A stretch of DNA of 64,000 bases, from the NCBI GenBank assembly GCA_022600535.1, contig JAHZKE010000042.1:10649-74648 (forward strand), in the 5' to 3' direction. This document shows, piece by piece, positions 19,120-28,736 of the stretch. Position 1 is the first letter of the stretch. Each line of letters opens with the position of its first letter. Both the position numbers and the translations under genes were made by a program. Source of the DNA: Pseudomonadota bacterium. GTDB taxonomy: Bacteria > Pseudomonadota > Gammaproteobacteria > Tethybacterales > Persebacteraceae. The notes under the pieces are model-generated. The model searched no databases and was not told the DNA's origin. It worked only from the letters and a program-made list of their open reading frames with translations.

Positions 19120-21072
19120 TTATGCTGGTGCTTGCGCCTCGCCACTAAAAGCGCTGATTGCCTCTGCCAACGATAATAAACTGGTTTGCTTACTACCCAA
19201 ACGGCGCACCGATACAGTTTTCTGTTCGCTTTCGCGCTTACCGATTGCTAAAATAATCGGGATTTTTTCTTCCGAATGTTGCCTGACTTTGTAGTTAATT
19301 TTTTCGTTACGTAAATCGCTGACCACACGCAACCCTGCTTGCTGTAATTGGGCGACTACCTCCTCAGCATAGGCATTTGCTTCGTCCGTAATAGTGGCGA
19401 CAACAATTTGCGTCGGGGATAACCACAACGGCAAATGTCCGGCATAATGCTCAAGCAAAATACCAATAAAACGTTCAAAAGAACCAATAATAGCGCGATG
19501 ACACATTACCGGGCGCAAGCGCGAACCATCGGCGGCGGTATATTCGGCGTTTAAGCGCTCGGGCAGGACAAAATCCACTTGCCAGGTGCCGCATTGCCAT
19601 TCTCTATCAATCGCATCTTTCAAAATAAATTCTAATTTCGGACCATAAAAAGCGCCATCGCCCGGGTTGAGTGTCCACTCTACTCCCGCTTCGGTGCAGG
19701 CATCACGCAGGGCTTGTTCGGCGCGATCCCATGTTTCATCGCTACCGGCACGCAATGCCGGACGGTCGGAAAATTTAATAATAAATTCTTTAAACCCTAA
19801 ATCTTGATAAATGCTTTCTAACAACCGCACAAATTTAACGGTTTCGGGGGCAATTTGTTCTTCGCTACAAAATATATGCGCATCGTCTTGCACAAAGTTA
19901 CGCACGCGCATAATGCCGTGCAATGCGCCCGACGGCTCGCAACGGTGGCAAGAGCCAAATTCACTCATGCGTAACGGTAAATCGCGATAGCTTTTAATCC
20001 CTTGGTTGTAAATTTGCACATGACACGGGCAATTCATCGGCTTCAACGCAAAAACCGAAGTATCTTCGGGGGCGGCAATGTAGTCGCGCAAACCTGCTTC
20101 GCTTTCGGCAATATACATATTTTCGCGGAATTTATCCCAATGTCCGGAGATTTCCCACAATTTGCGATCGACTAATTGCGGTGTTTTAACTTCGCTATAC
20201 CCCGCCGCTTGCTGTCGCCGGCGCATGTATTCTTCTAACAGACGATATAACAACCAACCCTTGTCGTGCCAAAATATCATACCTGCGGCTTCGTCTTGCA
20301 AATGGAATAAGTGCATTGTCCGCCCTAAAAGGCGATGGTCGCGCTTTTTCGCTTCGGCTAAACGGTCTAAATGTTTGGTTAGGTCTGCCGGCGAATGCCA
20401 AGCGGTACCGTAGATACGCTGTAATTGTGGGCGAGTGGAATCCCCCCGCCAATAACTACCAGCAATATGCGTGAGTTTAAAAGCAGTGCCGACATCGCCG
20501 GTATGGCGCATGTGCGGACCGCGACATAAATCCATAAAATCGCCCTGACGGTAAAAAGAAACATTTTCATCCGCGGGAATCGCCTCTATCAATTCGCATT
20601 TAAATGCTTCCTTGCGTTCTTGATAGTAAGCCGTTGCCTCATCGCGCGACCACACTTCGCGTTCAAAGGGGATTTTTTGTTGCACCAAAGAGCGCATGTG
20701 GTGTTCAATTTTTTCTAAATCTTCCGGCGTAAAAGGTTGTTCGCGATAAAAATCGTAAAAGAAACCCTCTTTAATGACGGGACCAATCGTCGGTTGTGCA
20801 TCGGGATAAAGGTGTTGTACCGCTTGCGCCAATACATGAGCGCAATCATGGCGAATTAAGGTTAATGCTTCTTCGCTGTCGCGTTTGATAAAACACACAG
20901 CACTATCGTTTTCAAGCACGGTGCTTAAATCCGCTAATTGTTCATTAACCAAGCAAGCAACGGCTTGTTTCGCTAATGACGGCGCAATTTCGGCGGCAAG
21001 TTCGCGAGCGTTACTCCCTGCGGCAACGGTTTTCGTGCTTCCATCGGGTAAAGTAATCACTGCCATAGGCAT
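19120..21072 (-). CDS. thrS: Threonine--tRNA ligase
   Basis: 650 aa. N-terminal TGS domain ('MPMAVITLPDGSTKTV'), class-II aaRS motifs and the zinc site 'CRGPH'. Confidence 0.95.
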   Translation of the reverse strand: MPMAVITLPDGSTKTVAAGSNARELAAEIAPSLAKQAVACLVNEQLADLSTVLENDSAVCFIKRDSEEALTLIRHDCAHVLAQAVQHLYPDAQPTIGPVIKEGFFYDFYREQPFTPEDLEKIEHHMRSLVQQKIPFEREVWSRDEATAYYQERKEAFKCELIEAIPADENVSFYRQGDFMDLCRGPHMRHTGDVGTAFKLTHIAGSYWRGDSTRPQLQRIYGTAWHSPADLTKHLDRLAEAKKRDHRLLGRTMHLFHLQDEAAGMIFWHDKGWLLYRLLEEYMRRRQQAAGYSEVKTPQLVDRKLWEISGHWDKFRENMYIAESEAGLRDYIAAPEDTSVFALKPMNCPCHVQIYNQGIKSYRDLPLRMSEFGSCHRCEPSGALHGIMRVRNFVQDDAHIFCSEEQIAPETVKFVRLLESIYQDLGFKEFIIKFSDRPALRAGSDETWDRAEQALRDACTEAGVEWTLNPGDGAFYGPKLEFILKDAIDREWQCGTWQVDFVLPERLNAEYTAADGSRLRPVMCHRAIIGSFERFIGILLEHYAGHLPLWLSPTQIVVATITDEANAYAEEVVAQLQQAGLRVVSDLRNEKINYKVRQHSEEKIPIILAIGKRESEQKTVSVRRLGSKQTSLLSLAEAISAFSGEAQAPA

Positions 21073-21133
21073 TATTTTATCAGTTATCCCAACGCAACAG
21101 TTCGGACTCTATTAAATTCCACACCGACGGAGA

Positions 21134-21268
21134 GGAATTTAACATACGTTAATGAGGCGCTCACTGAGCTTGTCGAAGTGCCCTTAGGTGCAGCAGTACC
21201 GTCAATTAGTATGAGGGAAGTTTGGGAGCACGCTCTGGGGACACTTCGACAGGCTCAGTGAGCGACTG
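21134..21268 (+). repeat. Copy 1 of a ~135-bp extended-palindrome element (23-nt leader, 27-bp stem, 56-nt loop, 27-bp stem)
   Basis: 'ggaatttaacatacgttaatgag|gcgctcactgagcttgtcgaagtgccc|...loop...|ggggacacttcgacaggctcagtgagcgac|tg'. About 95% identical to copy 2. One extra 'a' and two substitutions weaken the second arm. Confidence 0.8.
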
Positions 21269-21547
21269 TCATTGCATAACACCCGCCAATCACTCAACAA
21301 ATAGAAATCATATAAACGGCAGGTCGTTTCTCGGCTGTTGAGTTTTTTTTGTGGTAAGATAAAACTATACTAACTCTATATTTAATTTTTCTTTTACTAT
21401 AAGGAGATATGAATGCCTACACCTAAACCGCCACTTAAAAATACTCCATCCAAAAAAACAGAATAAAGAATCTGGAAAGAGAAGAGACAATGCGCCGCAT
21501 CAATCTATTCCCCAACCAAAGCATCCTAGTAAAAAACAATAAAATAA

Positions 21548-21766
21548 TTGGATAAAATCAACATGACAGAAAAAGAAAAAGAAATATTAAAAATAGTATC
21601 GAAAAATCCTGGAATTCATACGACTGGTGTAGCCGAAAAATTTGATATAGATGATTGGAAAAAGGGGCAAAATAAAACACGTAAGATATTAATGTGCCTG
21701 CAAGAAAAAAAATTTCTTACTTCAGAAAAAATAGGAAAATATAGACGTTGGTGGTGTGTAAAATGA
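21548..21766 (+). CDS. Small winged-helix DNA-binding protein (AsnC/MarR-like HTH only), AT-rich cassette gene
   Basis: 72 aa. 'EKEILKIVSKNPGIHTTGVAEKFDI...KTRKILMCLQEKKFLTSEK' has the helix-turn-helix-wing pattern of AsnC-type N-terminal HTH domains. Very AT-rich with good codon periodicity. Confidence 0.45.
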   Translation: MDKINMTEKEKEILKIVSKNPGIHTTGVAEKFDIDDWKKGQNKTRKILMCLQEKKFLTSEKIGKYRRWWCVK

Positions 21767-21928
21767 TACTTTCTATGAAAGGATAAATATGAATATGCAA
21801 GAAACAAGGTTTATAATTTTAAAAGAAATATCCTACAATTTCCTAAAAATGCACAAAATATACAACATGATAACAAGAATTAATAAAAAAGTATCTTTAA
21901 TTAAATTTTTTATGGTGAGATAAGCAAA

Positions 21929-22564
21929 ATGAAGTTTTTTATACTATTTTGTGGCATTTTATTACTTTGTGGCGCTTCATATTTTTTTGAGATAATACAT
22001 TTTAATGAAAAAATTGAAGGGTTTCAAGATTTGAAATTTGGCATGACCGAAAAGCAAGTAAAATCTACTGAAATTTATAAAAATGGTGTTCTATTGTTTG
22101 GAGAAAAACGAAGAATTATCCCTGTCTATGATCTTGAGGGTCGTGTATTTCAATTTGAGATCATTATGGGAAAACATGATGATAAAATTCAAAATAAATT
22201 GATTAAATTGCTTGATGATAAATATAGATTATCAAAGCAACCATCATTTAGAAGTGTGGTTAATCAACAAATCGTAAAAAATGTGGAAATATTTAATTCT
22301 CACAGTGCTAAAATTAAATATGAGAATGAGAGAGCGCTATCTTGGGATGCTTTTGAAAAATATGAGAGCGAGCTATCTTGGGATTTTGCAGAAGGGCAGG
22401 TATCTTTTGTTAAAACTAAAGAAGCAGACAAAAATCATCTAATACGTTACACAAACGATAAAGAAGTGTACTTAGCTAAAACAACAATGCACTTAGTGTA
22501 TAGGGATAGGGATGTGGTTTATACAAAGGAAGATAGTACAGTGACAACTGAGGATGATTTATAA
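21929..22564 (+). CDS. Hypothetical membrane-anchored/secreted protein (211 aa), AT-rich cassette gene
   Basis: N-terminal hydrophobic helix 'MKFFILFCGILLLCGASYFF', then a hydrophilic domain with no recognisable motif. A plausible RBS-like 'ggtgagataagcaaaATG' precedes it. Confidence 0.5.
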   Translation: MKFFILFCGILLLCGASYFFEIIHFNEKIEGFQDLKFGMTEKQVKSTEIYKNGVLLFGEKRRIIPVYDLEGRVFQFEIIMGKHDDKIQNKLIKLLDDKYRLSKQPSFRSVVNQQIVKNVEIFNSHSAKIKYENERALSWDAFEKYESELSWDFAEGQVSFVKTKEADKNHLIRYTNDKEVYLAKTTMHLVYRDRDVVYTKEDSTVTTEDDL

Positions 22565-22715
22565 TAACCTGTAAAAAAATTACTTATAAATATTTATACG
22601 TTATTAGCTGTTTCGCTACCTCGTCATATTATTTGCTACTTTTCAATTTGCTCCTTATCAAAAAACCACCCCGTCATGTTTCGCTTCGCTACACATGCCA
22701 CCCCTCCGCCGAAGG

Positions 22716-22849
22716 GGAATTTAACATACGTTAATGAGTCGCTCACTGAGCTTGTCGAAGTGCCCTTAGGTGCAGAAGTGCCGTCAATTAGTATGAGGAA
22801 AGTTTGGGAGCACGCTCTGGGGCACTTCGACAAGCTCAGTGAGCGACTG
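22716..22849 (+). repeat. Copy 2 of the ~135-bp extended-palindrome element (perfect 28-bp stem)
   Basis: Arm 1 'gtcgctcactgagcttgtcgaagtgccc' (22738-22765) is the exact reverse complement of arm 2 'gggcacttcgacaagctcagtgagcgac' (22820-22847). It is in direct orientation relative to copy 1, 1582 bp downstream. Confidence 0.8.
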
Positions 22850-22887
22850 GTTTTAAGTTTCGTGCATGGGACTTATCTTTAATTTTA

Positions 22888-22945
22888 CGGGCGAAGCGAG
22901 CTGTTACGAGCGAAGCGCTGTTACGAGCGAAGCAACTGTAGCGAA
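22888..22945 (+). repeat. Short tandem repeat, unit gctgttacgagcgaagc (17 nt, ~2.5 copies)
   Basis: Units sit at 22900-22916 and 22917-22933 with partial flanking copies. Related reverse-complement words (gtttcgcttcgctac, gtttcgctacctcgt) occur at 22600-22700 on the other side of repeat copy 2. Confidence 0.5.
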
Positions 22946-23005
22946 CTATTGCTTAAATCACCAAGTTAATTAGAGATTTAACGTCAATTTCGGGTAGAAT
23001 TAAGC

Positions 23006-24292
23006 ATGGCAAATGAAGTCATTTTTCGCCATTTAGAAAGCAAAGGCGACCTTAGTGATATTGAGGTCTATCGTAGCGTCGGTGGTTATGCCGCGCTTGA
23101 AAAAATCTTGCGTGAACAAACGCCGGCGGCAGAGTTAATTGATGAAATTAAATCATCTGGGTTGCGCGGGCGTGGTGGTGCTGGTTTTCCGACGGGGTTG
23201 AAGTGGAGTTTTATTCCGCGCGGGCTCCCCTGCGATATTTATTTGGTTTGTAATGCCGACGAAGGCGAACCGGGCACCTTTAAAGACCGCGAAATTATGA
23301 TGCGTAACCCGCACCAATTAATTGAGGGAATGGCTATCGGGGCTTACATTATCGGGGCAACACGCGGCTATAACTACATTCACGGTGAAATTTGGGAAAC
23401 CTACGAACACATGGAACGCATGGTACAAGCCGCCACCGAAGCGGGTTTTCTTGGCGATAATATCCTCGGTAGCGATTTTAGTTTTCATTTATTCAACCAC
23501 CACGGTTATGGTGCCTACATTTGCGGCGAAGAAACCGCACTGTTGGAATCGTTGGAGGGTAAAAAAGGGCAACCGCGTTATAAACCGCCCTTCCCGGCGA
23601 GTCATGGTTTGTATAGTATGCCGACGACAGTTAATAATGTTGAAACCTTTGCTTGTGTGCCGTATATCTTACAACACGGCGGCGACCACTTTTTAGAATT
23701 GGGTAAACCGAATAACGGCGGCACAAAACTTTTCTCGGTTTCCGGACATGTAAAACGCCCGGGCAATTATGAAGTGCCGTTAGGCACTCCGTTTACCGAT
23801 TTGCTGGATATGGCAGGCGGGATGCGTAATGGCAAAAAATTAAAAGCGGTGATTCCTGGCGGTTCGTCAGTGCCCATCTTGCCCGCCGAGATCATGATGG
23901 AATTAACCATGGACTACGATGCAATTGGCAAAGCGGGCTCTATGTTGGGAGCGGGTTCGGTGATTGTCATGGATGAATCGGTTTGTATGGTGCAAGCGTT
24001 GCAGCGTTTATCTTATTTTTATTACGAAGAATCCTGCGGACAGTGTACGCCGTGTCGCGAGGGGACGGGTTGGTTACATCGGGTGGTTAAGCGAATAGAA
24101 GAAGGCGATGGCAAACAGGAAGATTTGCAACTATTAGTAGATGTCGGCAATCAGATTGACGGCTTTACGATTTGCGCGCTCGGGGCTGCCGCGGCAACAC
24201 CGGTACGCAGTTTTATCCAACATTTTCGTAGCGAATTTGAAGCCCACATAGAAGGCGGCAAATGCCCGATACCGAATTGTTTTCTGGACTAA
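23006..24292 (+). CDS. nuoF: NADH-quinone oxidoreductase subunit F (NADH-binding, FMN, 4Fe-4S)
   Basis: 428 aa. '[18 protein letters not shown]' is the FMN/NADH glycine-rich motif. C-terminal '[12 protein letters not shown]' is the N3 cluster motif. Confidence 0.9.
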   Translation: MANEVIFRHLESKGDLSDIEVYRSVGGYAALEKILREQTPAAELIDEIKSSGLRGRGGAGFPTGLKWSFIPRGLPCDIYLVCNADEGEPGTFKDREIMMRNPHQLIEGMAIGAYIIGATRGYNYIHGEIWETYEHMERMVQAATEAGFLGDNILGSDFSFHLFNHHGYGAYICGEETALLESLEGKKGQPRYKPPFPASHGLYSMPTTVNNVETFACVPYILQHGGDHFLELGKPNNGGTKLFSVSGHVKRPGNYEVPLGTPFTDLLDMAGGMRNGKKLKAVIPGGSSVPILPAEIMMELTMDYDAIGKAGSMLGAGSVIVMDESVCMVQALQRLSYFYYEESCGQCTPCREGTGWLHRVVKRIEEGDGKQEDLQLLVDVGNQIDGFTICALGAAAATPVRSFIQHFRSEFEAHIEGGKCPIPNCFLD

Positions 24293-24299
24293 CACGATT

Positions 24300-26636
24300 A
24301 TGAAAATTAAATTAGAAATTAACGGCAAAACAGTATCGGTGAACGGAGGGGCAACCATTATGGAGGCGGCGCAACAAGTCAATGCGTATATCCCCCACTT
24401 TTGCTATCACGAAAAATTATCCATTGCGGCAAATTGCCGTATGTGTATGGTGGATGTTGAAAAATCTCCCAAAGCTGTCCCCGCTTGTGCTACGCCGGCA
24501 TTAGATGGCATGGTGGTGCGTACCGATTCCGAACGCGCTAAAAAAGCCCAGCACGGAGTGATGGAATTTTTATTAATCAATCACCCCTTAGATTGCCCGA
24601 TTTGCGACCAAGGCGGCGAGTGCCAATTACAAGATTTGGCAGTCGGTTATGGGATTTCGCGCTCGCGTTATCAAGAAGAAAAGCGCGTGGTGTTTGAAAA
24701 AAATCTCGGTCCCTTAATTTCTACCGATATGACTCGTTGCATCCACTGCACCCGTTGCGTGCGCTTTGGTAGAGAGGTTGCCGGGATTATGGAATTAGGC
24801 ATGACGGGGCGCGGCGAACACGCCGAAATTATGCCTTTTGTTGAACGCACGGTTAATTCCGAATTATCGGGCAACATGATTGATATTTGTCCAGTGGGTG
24901 CATTAACTTCTAAACCGTTTCGTTATTCGGCACGTACTTGGGAACTCAAAAATCATTCCTCGGTCGCCACGCACGATTCCTGGGGGAGTCACTTAACTAT
25001 ACAAGTCAAAGATAATTTGGTTAAACGTGTCTTACCGCAAAAAAGTGCCGATATTCACGAACATTGGATTTCTGACCGCGATCGTTTTTCATACGAGGGA
25101 TTGACTTCTGCCGACCGTGCCTTAGCACCGATGGCGCGCACGACCGGGGGCGCGATACTGCAAGAAACCTCGTGGCAAAATGCCATGCAGATGAGCGCGC
25201 AAGAATTAAAAGCGGCATGTGAAAAATACGGGCCCGATAAAGTCGGTTTTTTTGTTTCGCCACGCGCGAGTAGTGAAGAAGCCCTACTGACAAACCGCAT
25301 TGCCGCTCATTTGGGGTGTCACAATATTGATAGTCGCTTACGTCAATATCATTTTGCTGGCGAAGAAGTCAGCGGTTTGGACATCAATGCATTAATGCAA
25401 GCAAAAACGATTTTATTTATCGGTGCCGAACCCGCCCGCGAATTACCGCTGTTAGCCGCGCATTTGCGCCAAAAGAAAAAAAAGAAAAAAATATTTTCCA
25501 TTGGCGCTATGAATATTGGCACACAGGTGCCGTTGGCAGAGCAAATCCTCACCACCCCCAACGAATTTAGCCATCTGTTGGAACGCCTATTGACAACATT
25601 GGGCGGCAAAACATCGGCAGAGTGTCTCACGCTTGAAAATGATTTATTTTCTAATGCCGATAGCAATAAATTACCGATAGAAAAAATTGCCACTAAATTA
25701 TCTGCCGATACGATAATTTGTCTGGGCGATAGCGCCCGTGCGGCAGTGAACTACGGCGTGATTGCTACCTTAGCGAAGCAACTGGCAACACATTTAGGAT
25801 GCGCACTTGGCAGTTTGTCTGACGGCGGCAACGGGATTGGCGTACGCCGTGCCGGTGCCCTGCCGACACCTGACGGCATGGACAGCGCAAAAATGCTACG
25901 GGCAGACCTGCGCGCCATTGTATTATTGCGTTGCGAGCCGGCAGATTTTTCTGAACAAGTGTTAGCGAAACGGGCATTACAAAATGCCGATTTTGTCTGC
26001 GCCATTACTACGCATAGCAGCGGTGTTAATAAATTTGTTTCTACCTTGTTGCCGGCTGCCGAATTTAGCGAAACCGATGGCACTTATACCAACGGCAATA
26101 ATGAAACCAATGTTGTCGCCGCGGCAGTACCGCCGCCCGAAAAAGCGCGCCCGGGTTGGAAAATTCTTCGTCTATTAGGCGAGTACTTATCAGTAGAGGG
26201 TTTTGACTTTAACGATTTATCCGCGGTGCGCGGTTGGCTTGGTGCGCAACAATCCGCACAGGAAGCTCCCCTACCCGTGCAACAAGTCGCATTGCCTAAC
26301 AAACAAGGTGGCACCGCCGCCCTGCCCGTGTTTTGTTTGTACGGCGGTGTTCCCCTCTATAACAGCGATATTCTGGTGCGCCGTGCCACTGCTTTACAAA
26401 AAACAAATTACAGTAAATCCGCACGTATTGCCCACTTACATCCGGAAGACATGCAACAAAACGGCTTGGACGAAGGCAGTACCATACGCATTTGTGATAG
26501 CGAAGGCAACGAAGAACAAACAACGATTGCCGCCGATACCCTTTTAGCACGCGGTGTGTTGCGTTTTTCACCGCGTCAATTAACCGCGGTGCATGCCCTC
26601 ACCATACAGGCAGTTGCAGAAGAAAAAACAGCATGA
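24300..26636 (+). CDS. nuoG: NADH-quinone oxidoreductase subunit G (75-kDa Fe-S subunit)
   Basis: 778 aa. N-terminal 2Fe-2S ferredoxin '[17 protein letters not shown]', '[18 protein letters not shown]' and '[10 protein letters not shown]' cluster motifs, then a molybdopterin-like domain. Confidence 0.9.
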   Translation: MKIKLEINGKTVSVNGGATIMEAAQQVNAYIPHFCYHEKLSIAANCRMCMVDVEKSPKAVPACATPALDGMVVRTDSERAKKAQHGVMEFLLINHPLDCPICDQGGECQLQDLAVGYGISRSRYQEEKRVVFEKNLGPLISTDMTRCIHCTRCVRFGREVAGIMELGMTGRGEHAEIMPFVERTVNSELSGNMIDICPVGALTSKPFRYSARTWELKNHSSVATHDSWGSHLTIQVKDNLVKRVLPQKSADIHEHWISDRDRFSYEGLTSADRALAPMARTTGGAILQETSWQNAMQMSAQELKAACEKYGPDKVGFFVSPRASSEEALLTNRIAAHLGCHNIDSRLRQYHFAGEEVSGLDINALMQAKTILFIGAEPARELPLLAAHLRQKKKKKKIFSIGAMNIGTQVPLAEQILTTPNEFSHLLERLLTTLGGKTSAECLTLENDLFSNADSNKLPIEKIATKLSADTIICLGDSARAAVNYGVIATLAKQLATHLGCALGSLSDGGNGIGVRRAGALPTPDGMDSAKMLRADLRAIVLLRCEPADFSEQVLAKRALQNADFVCAITTHSSGVNKFVSTLLPAAEFSETDGTYTNGNNETNVVAAAVPPPEKARPGWKILRLLGEYLSVEGFDFNDLSAVRGWLGAQQSAQEAPLPVQQVALPNKQGGTAALPVFCLYGGVPLYNSDILVRRATALQKTNYSKSARIAHLHPEDMQQNGLDEGSTIRICDSEGNEEQTTIAADTLLARGVLRFSPRQLTAVHALTIQAVAEEKTA

Positions 26637-27691
26637 TAATAGACGCTTGGGTCACTGAATTATTGTTGCCGTTTTTGGGCGACTATGCCGCTTGGGCAGG
26701 CACCTTCATTGATTTAATGATTAAAATCGTCGCCATTGTGTTACCGCTCATGTTGTGCGTGGCTTATTTAACTTACGCTGAACGACGCGTTATCGGGGCA
26801 ATTCAACTGCGTATTGGTCCTAATCGTGTTGGTGCTAAAGGGCTATTGCAACCGATTGCCGATGCGCTGAAATTATTGCTAAAAGAAGTTATTATCCCGG
26901 CAGAAGGTAATCGCTTTTTGTTTGTTATTGCCCCGGCAATCTCTTTACTGGCAGCATTAATTGCTTGGTCGGTGATTCCCTTTTCACCCGAGGTGGTGTT
27001 GGCAGACATTAACGCGGGTTTGCTTTTTGTCTTAGCTGCAACTTCGTTAGGCGTCTACGGTGTGATTATTGCCGGTTGGGCTTCTAACTCTAAATATGCA
27101 TTTATAGGATGCTTACGTTCGGCGGCACAAATTGTCTCCTATGAAATTGCCATGGGCTTTGCCTTAGTGACCGTACTGATGGCATCGGGCAGTTTAAATT
27201 TATCTGCCATTGTTAATGCACAGGCGGGCGCGACCTTTTTATCGTGGTTTTGGTTACCGCTATTACCGATGTTTGTCGTTTATTTTATCTCGGGGGTTGC
27301 CGAAACCAATCGCGCCCCGTTTGATGTCGCGGAAGGTGAATCCGAAATTGTTGCGGGGTTTCATGTGGAATATGGTGGCATGGCATTTGCAATTTTCTTC
27401 CTTGCCGAATACGCAAACATGATTTTAATTTCGGCGTTAACCACCCTGCTTTTTCTCGGCGGTTGGCTACCGCCATTTGATTTTGCCCCTTTTAACTGGG
27501 TTCCTGGTGCGGTTTGGTTCATTTTCAAAATATGTTTTTTGCTGTTTTGCTTTTTATGGTTTCGCGCAACTTTCCCACGTTATCGCTACGATCAAATTAT
27601 GCACTTAGGGTGGAAGATATTCATCCCGCTAACGATCATCTGGTTAATCGTTGTCGGTTTGTGGATGCGCACACCGCTATGGCTTTGGTAA
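26633..27691 (+). CDS. nuoH: NADH-quinone oxidoreductase subunit H (membrane subunit ND1 homologue)
   Basis: 352 aa polytopic membrane protein. '[18 protein letters not shown]' and '[19 protein letters not shown]' are canonical NuoH/ND1 signatures. ATGA overlap with nuoG. Confidence 0.9.
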   Translation: MIIDAWVTELLLPFLGDYAAWAGTFIDLMIKIVAIVLPLMLCVAYLTYAERRVIGAIQLRIGPNRVGAKGLLQPIADALKLLLKEVIIPAEGNRFLFVIAPAISLLAALIAWSVIPFSPEVVLADINAGLLFVLAATSLGVYGVIIAGWASNSKYAFIGCLRSAAQIVSYEIAMGFALVTVLMASGSLNLSAIVNAQAGATFLSWFWLPLLPMFVVYFISGVAETNRAPFDVAEGESEIVAGFHVEYGGMAFAIFFLAEYANMILISALTTLLFLGGWLPPFDFAPFNWVPGAVWFIFKICFLLFCFLWFRATFPRYRYDQIMHLGWKIFIPLTIIWLIVVGLWMRTPLWLW

Positions 27692-27728
27692 GCTTGGGTC
27701 AGCAACCCGACTCGCGCCGGAAACGGCA

Positions 27729-28736
27729 ATGATTAACTTTCAACATTTTTGGCAACAACGCGGTTTCGCAAACATTTTATTACTGCCGTTTGCTGCCCTC
27801 TTTCGCATTGCCACCACCTTACGTCGCCACTGGCAACAACGCCTGACAACCGCCCTGCCGCCACTGCCGCCCGTCATTGTTGTCGGCAACATTGTTGTCG
27901 GCGGTAGCGGTAAAACCCCTGTTGTTATCGCCTTAGCGCGACAATTAGCGGCACGCGGCTATCGCCCGGGGATTATCAGCCGCGGCTATGGCGGCAATTA
28001 CCAACAAGAAACCTTGTTACTAACAGACGAACATCATTGGCAACAAGTGGGCGATGAACCTCTACTCATGCAGCGACAAACACAACTGCCGGTATGTGTC
28101 GGGCGCAAACGCCGCTTCGCTGCCGCACGGCTGGCAGAATGCGGTTGTGATGTGATTATTAGCGATGATGGTTTACAGCACTATACCTTACCGCGCAATG
28201 TAGAAATCTGTGTTGTTGATGCTGCTTACCGCTTAGGCAATGGCTGGCTTTTACCTGCCGGACCATTACGCGAAAGCCCTGCTCGCATCGCCGCTTGTGA
28301 TTTATGTTTGCTGATTGATGGTGATGAAAACGAGGGAGAAAATAGCAGTGCAACAATGGTAAATGTTGCGCGACAACTGCGCGGTTTTTATGCACTGAAC
28401 GCCCCCGACAAACCACTGAGCGCAGATTTTTTTGCCGGCAAAAATGTCGCCGCTATCGCTGGCATTGCCCGCCCCGATGCTTTTTTTAACACGCTTGAAA
28501 AAAACGGCATTCCCCTCCAACAACGCCACGCCCTTGCCGACCATTCTGAGTATACCGCAACAAAATTAGCACAAATTACAGCAGATGTTATTTTGATGAC
28601 GGAAAAAGATGCTGTGAAATATGCCGCGACAGACCCACGTTTGTATGCCCTAAAAATAGAATGTACACTGCCTGAGCAAGTGCTAAAAGACATAGAACAG
28701 CGTTTGCGTTCTATTGCCTCTGCGCCGTTACAATAG
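27729..28736 (+). CDS. lpxK: Tetraacyldisaccharide 4'-kinase
   Basis: 'MINFQHFWQQRGFANILLLPFAALF' N-terminus and P-loop 'VGNIVVGGSGKTPVV', typical of LpxK. Start taken at the internal ATG (27729) after the nuoH stop; the track's TTG start is 27651. Confidence 0.85.
   Translation: MINFQHFWQQRGFANILLLPFAALFRIATTLRRHWQQRLTTALPPLPPVIVVGNIVVGGSGKTPVVIALARQLAARGYRPGIISRGYGGNYQQETLLLTDEHHWQQVGDEPLLMQRQTQLPVCVGRKRRFAAARLAECGCDVIISDDGLQHYTLPRNVEICVVDAAYRLGNGWLLPAGPLRESPARIAACDLCLLIDGDENEGENSSATMVNVARQLRGFYALNAPDKPLSADFFAGKNVAAIAGIARPDAFFNTLEKNGIPLQQRHALADHSEYTATKLAQITADVILMTEKDAVKYAATDPRLYALKIECTLPEQVLKDIEQRLRSIASAPLQ

Noticed and set aside
22676-22882. 68-aa ORF spanning repeat copy 2 (and a 65-aa ORF antisense to it)
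   Set aside because: The homologous copy 1 carries an indel that breaks this frame. Conservation follows base-pairing, not codons, so the element is more likely a structured DNA/RNA than coding.
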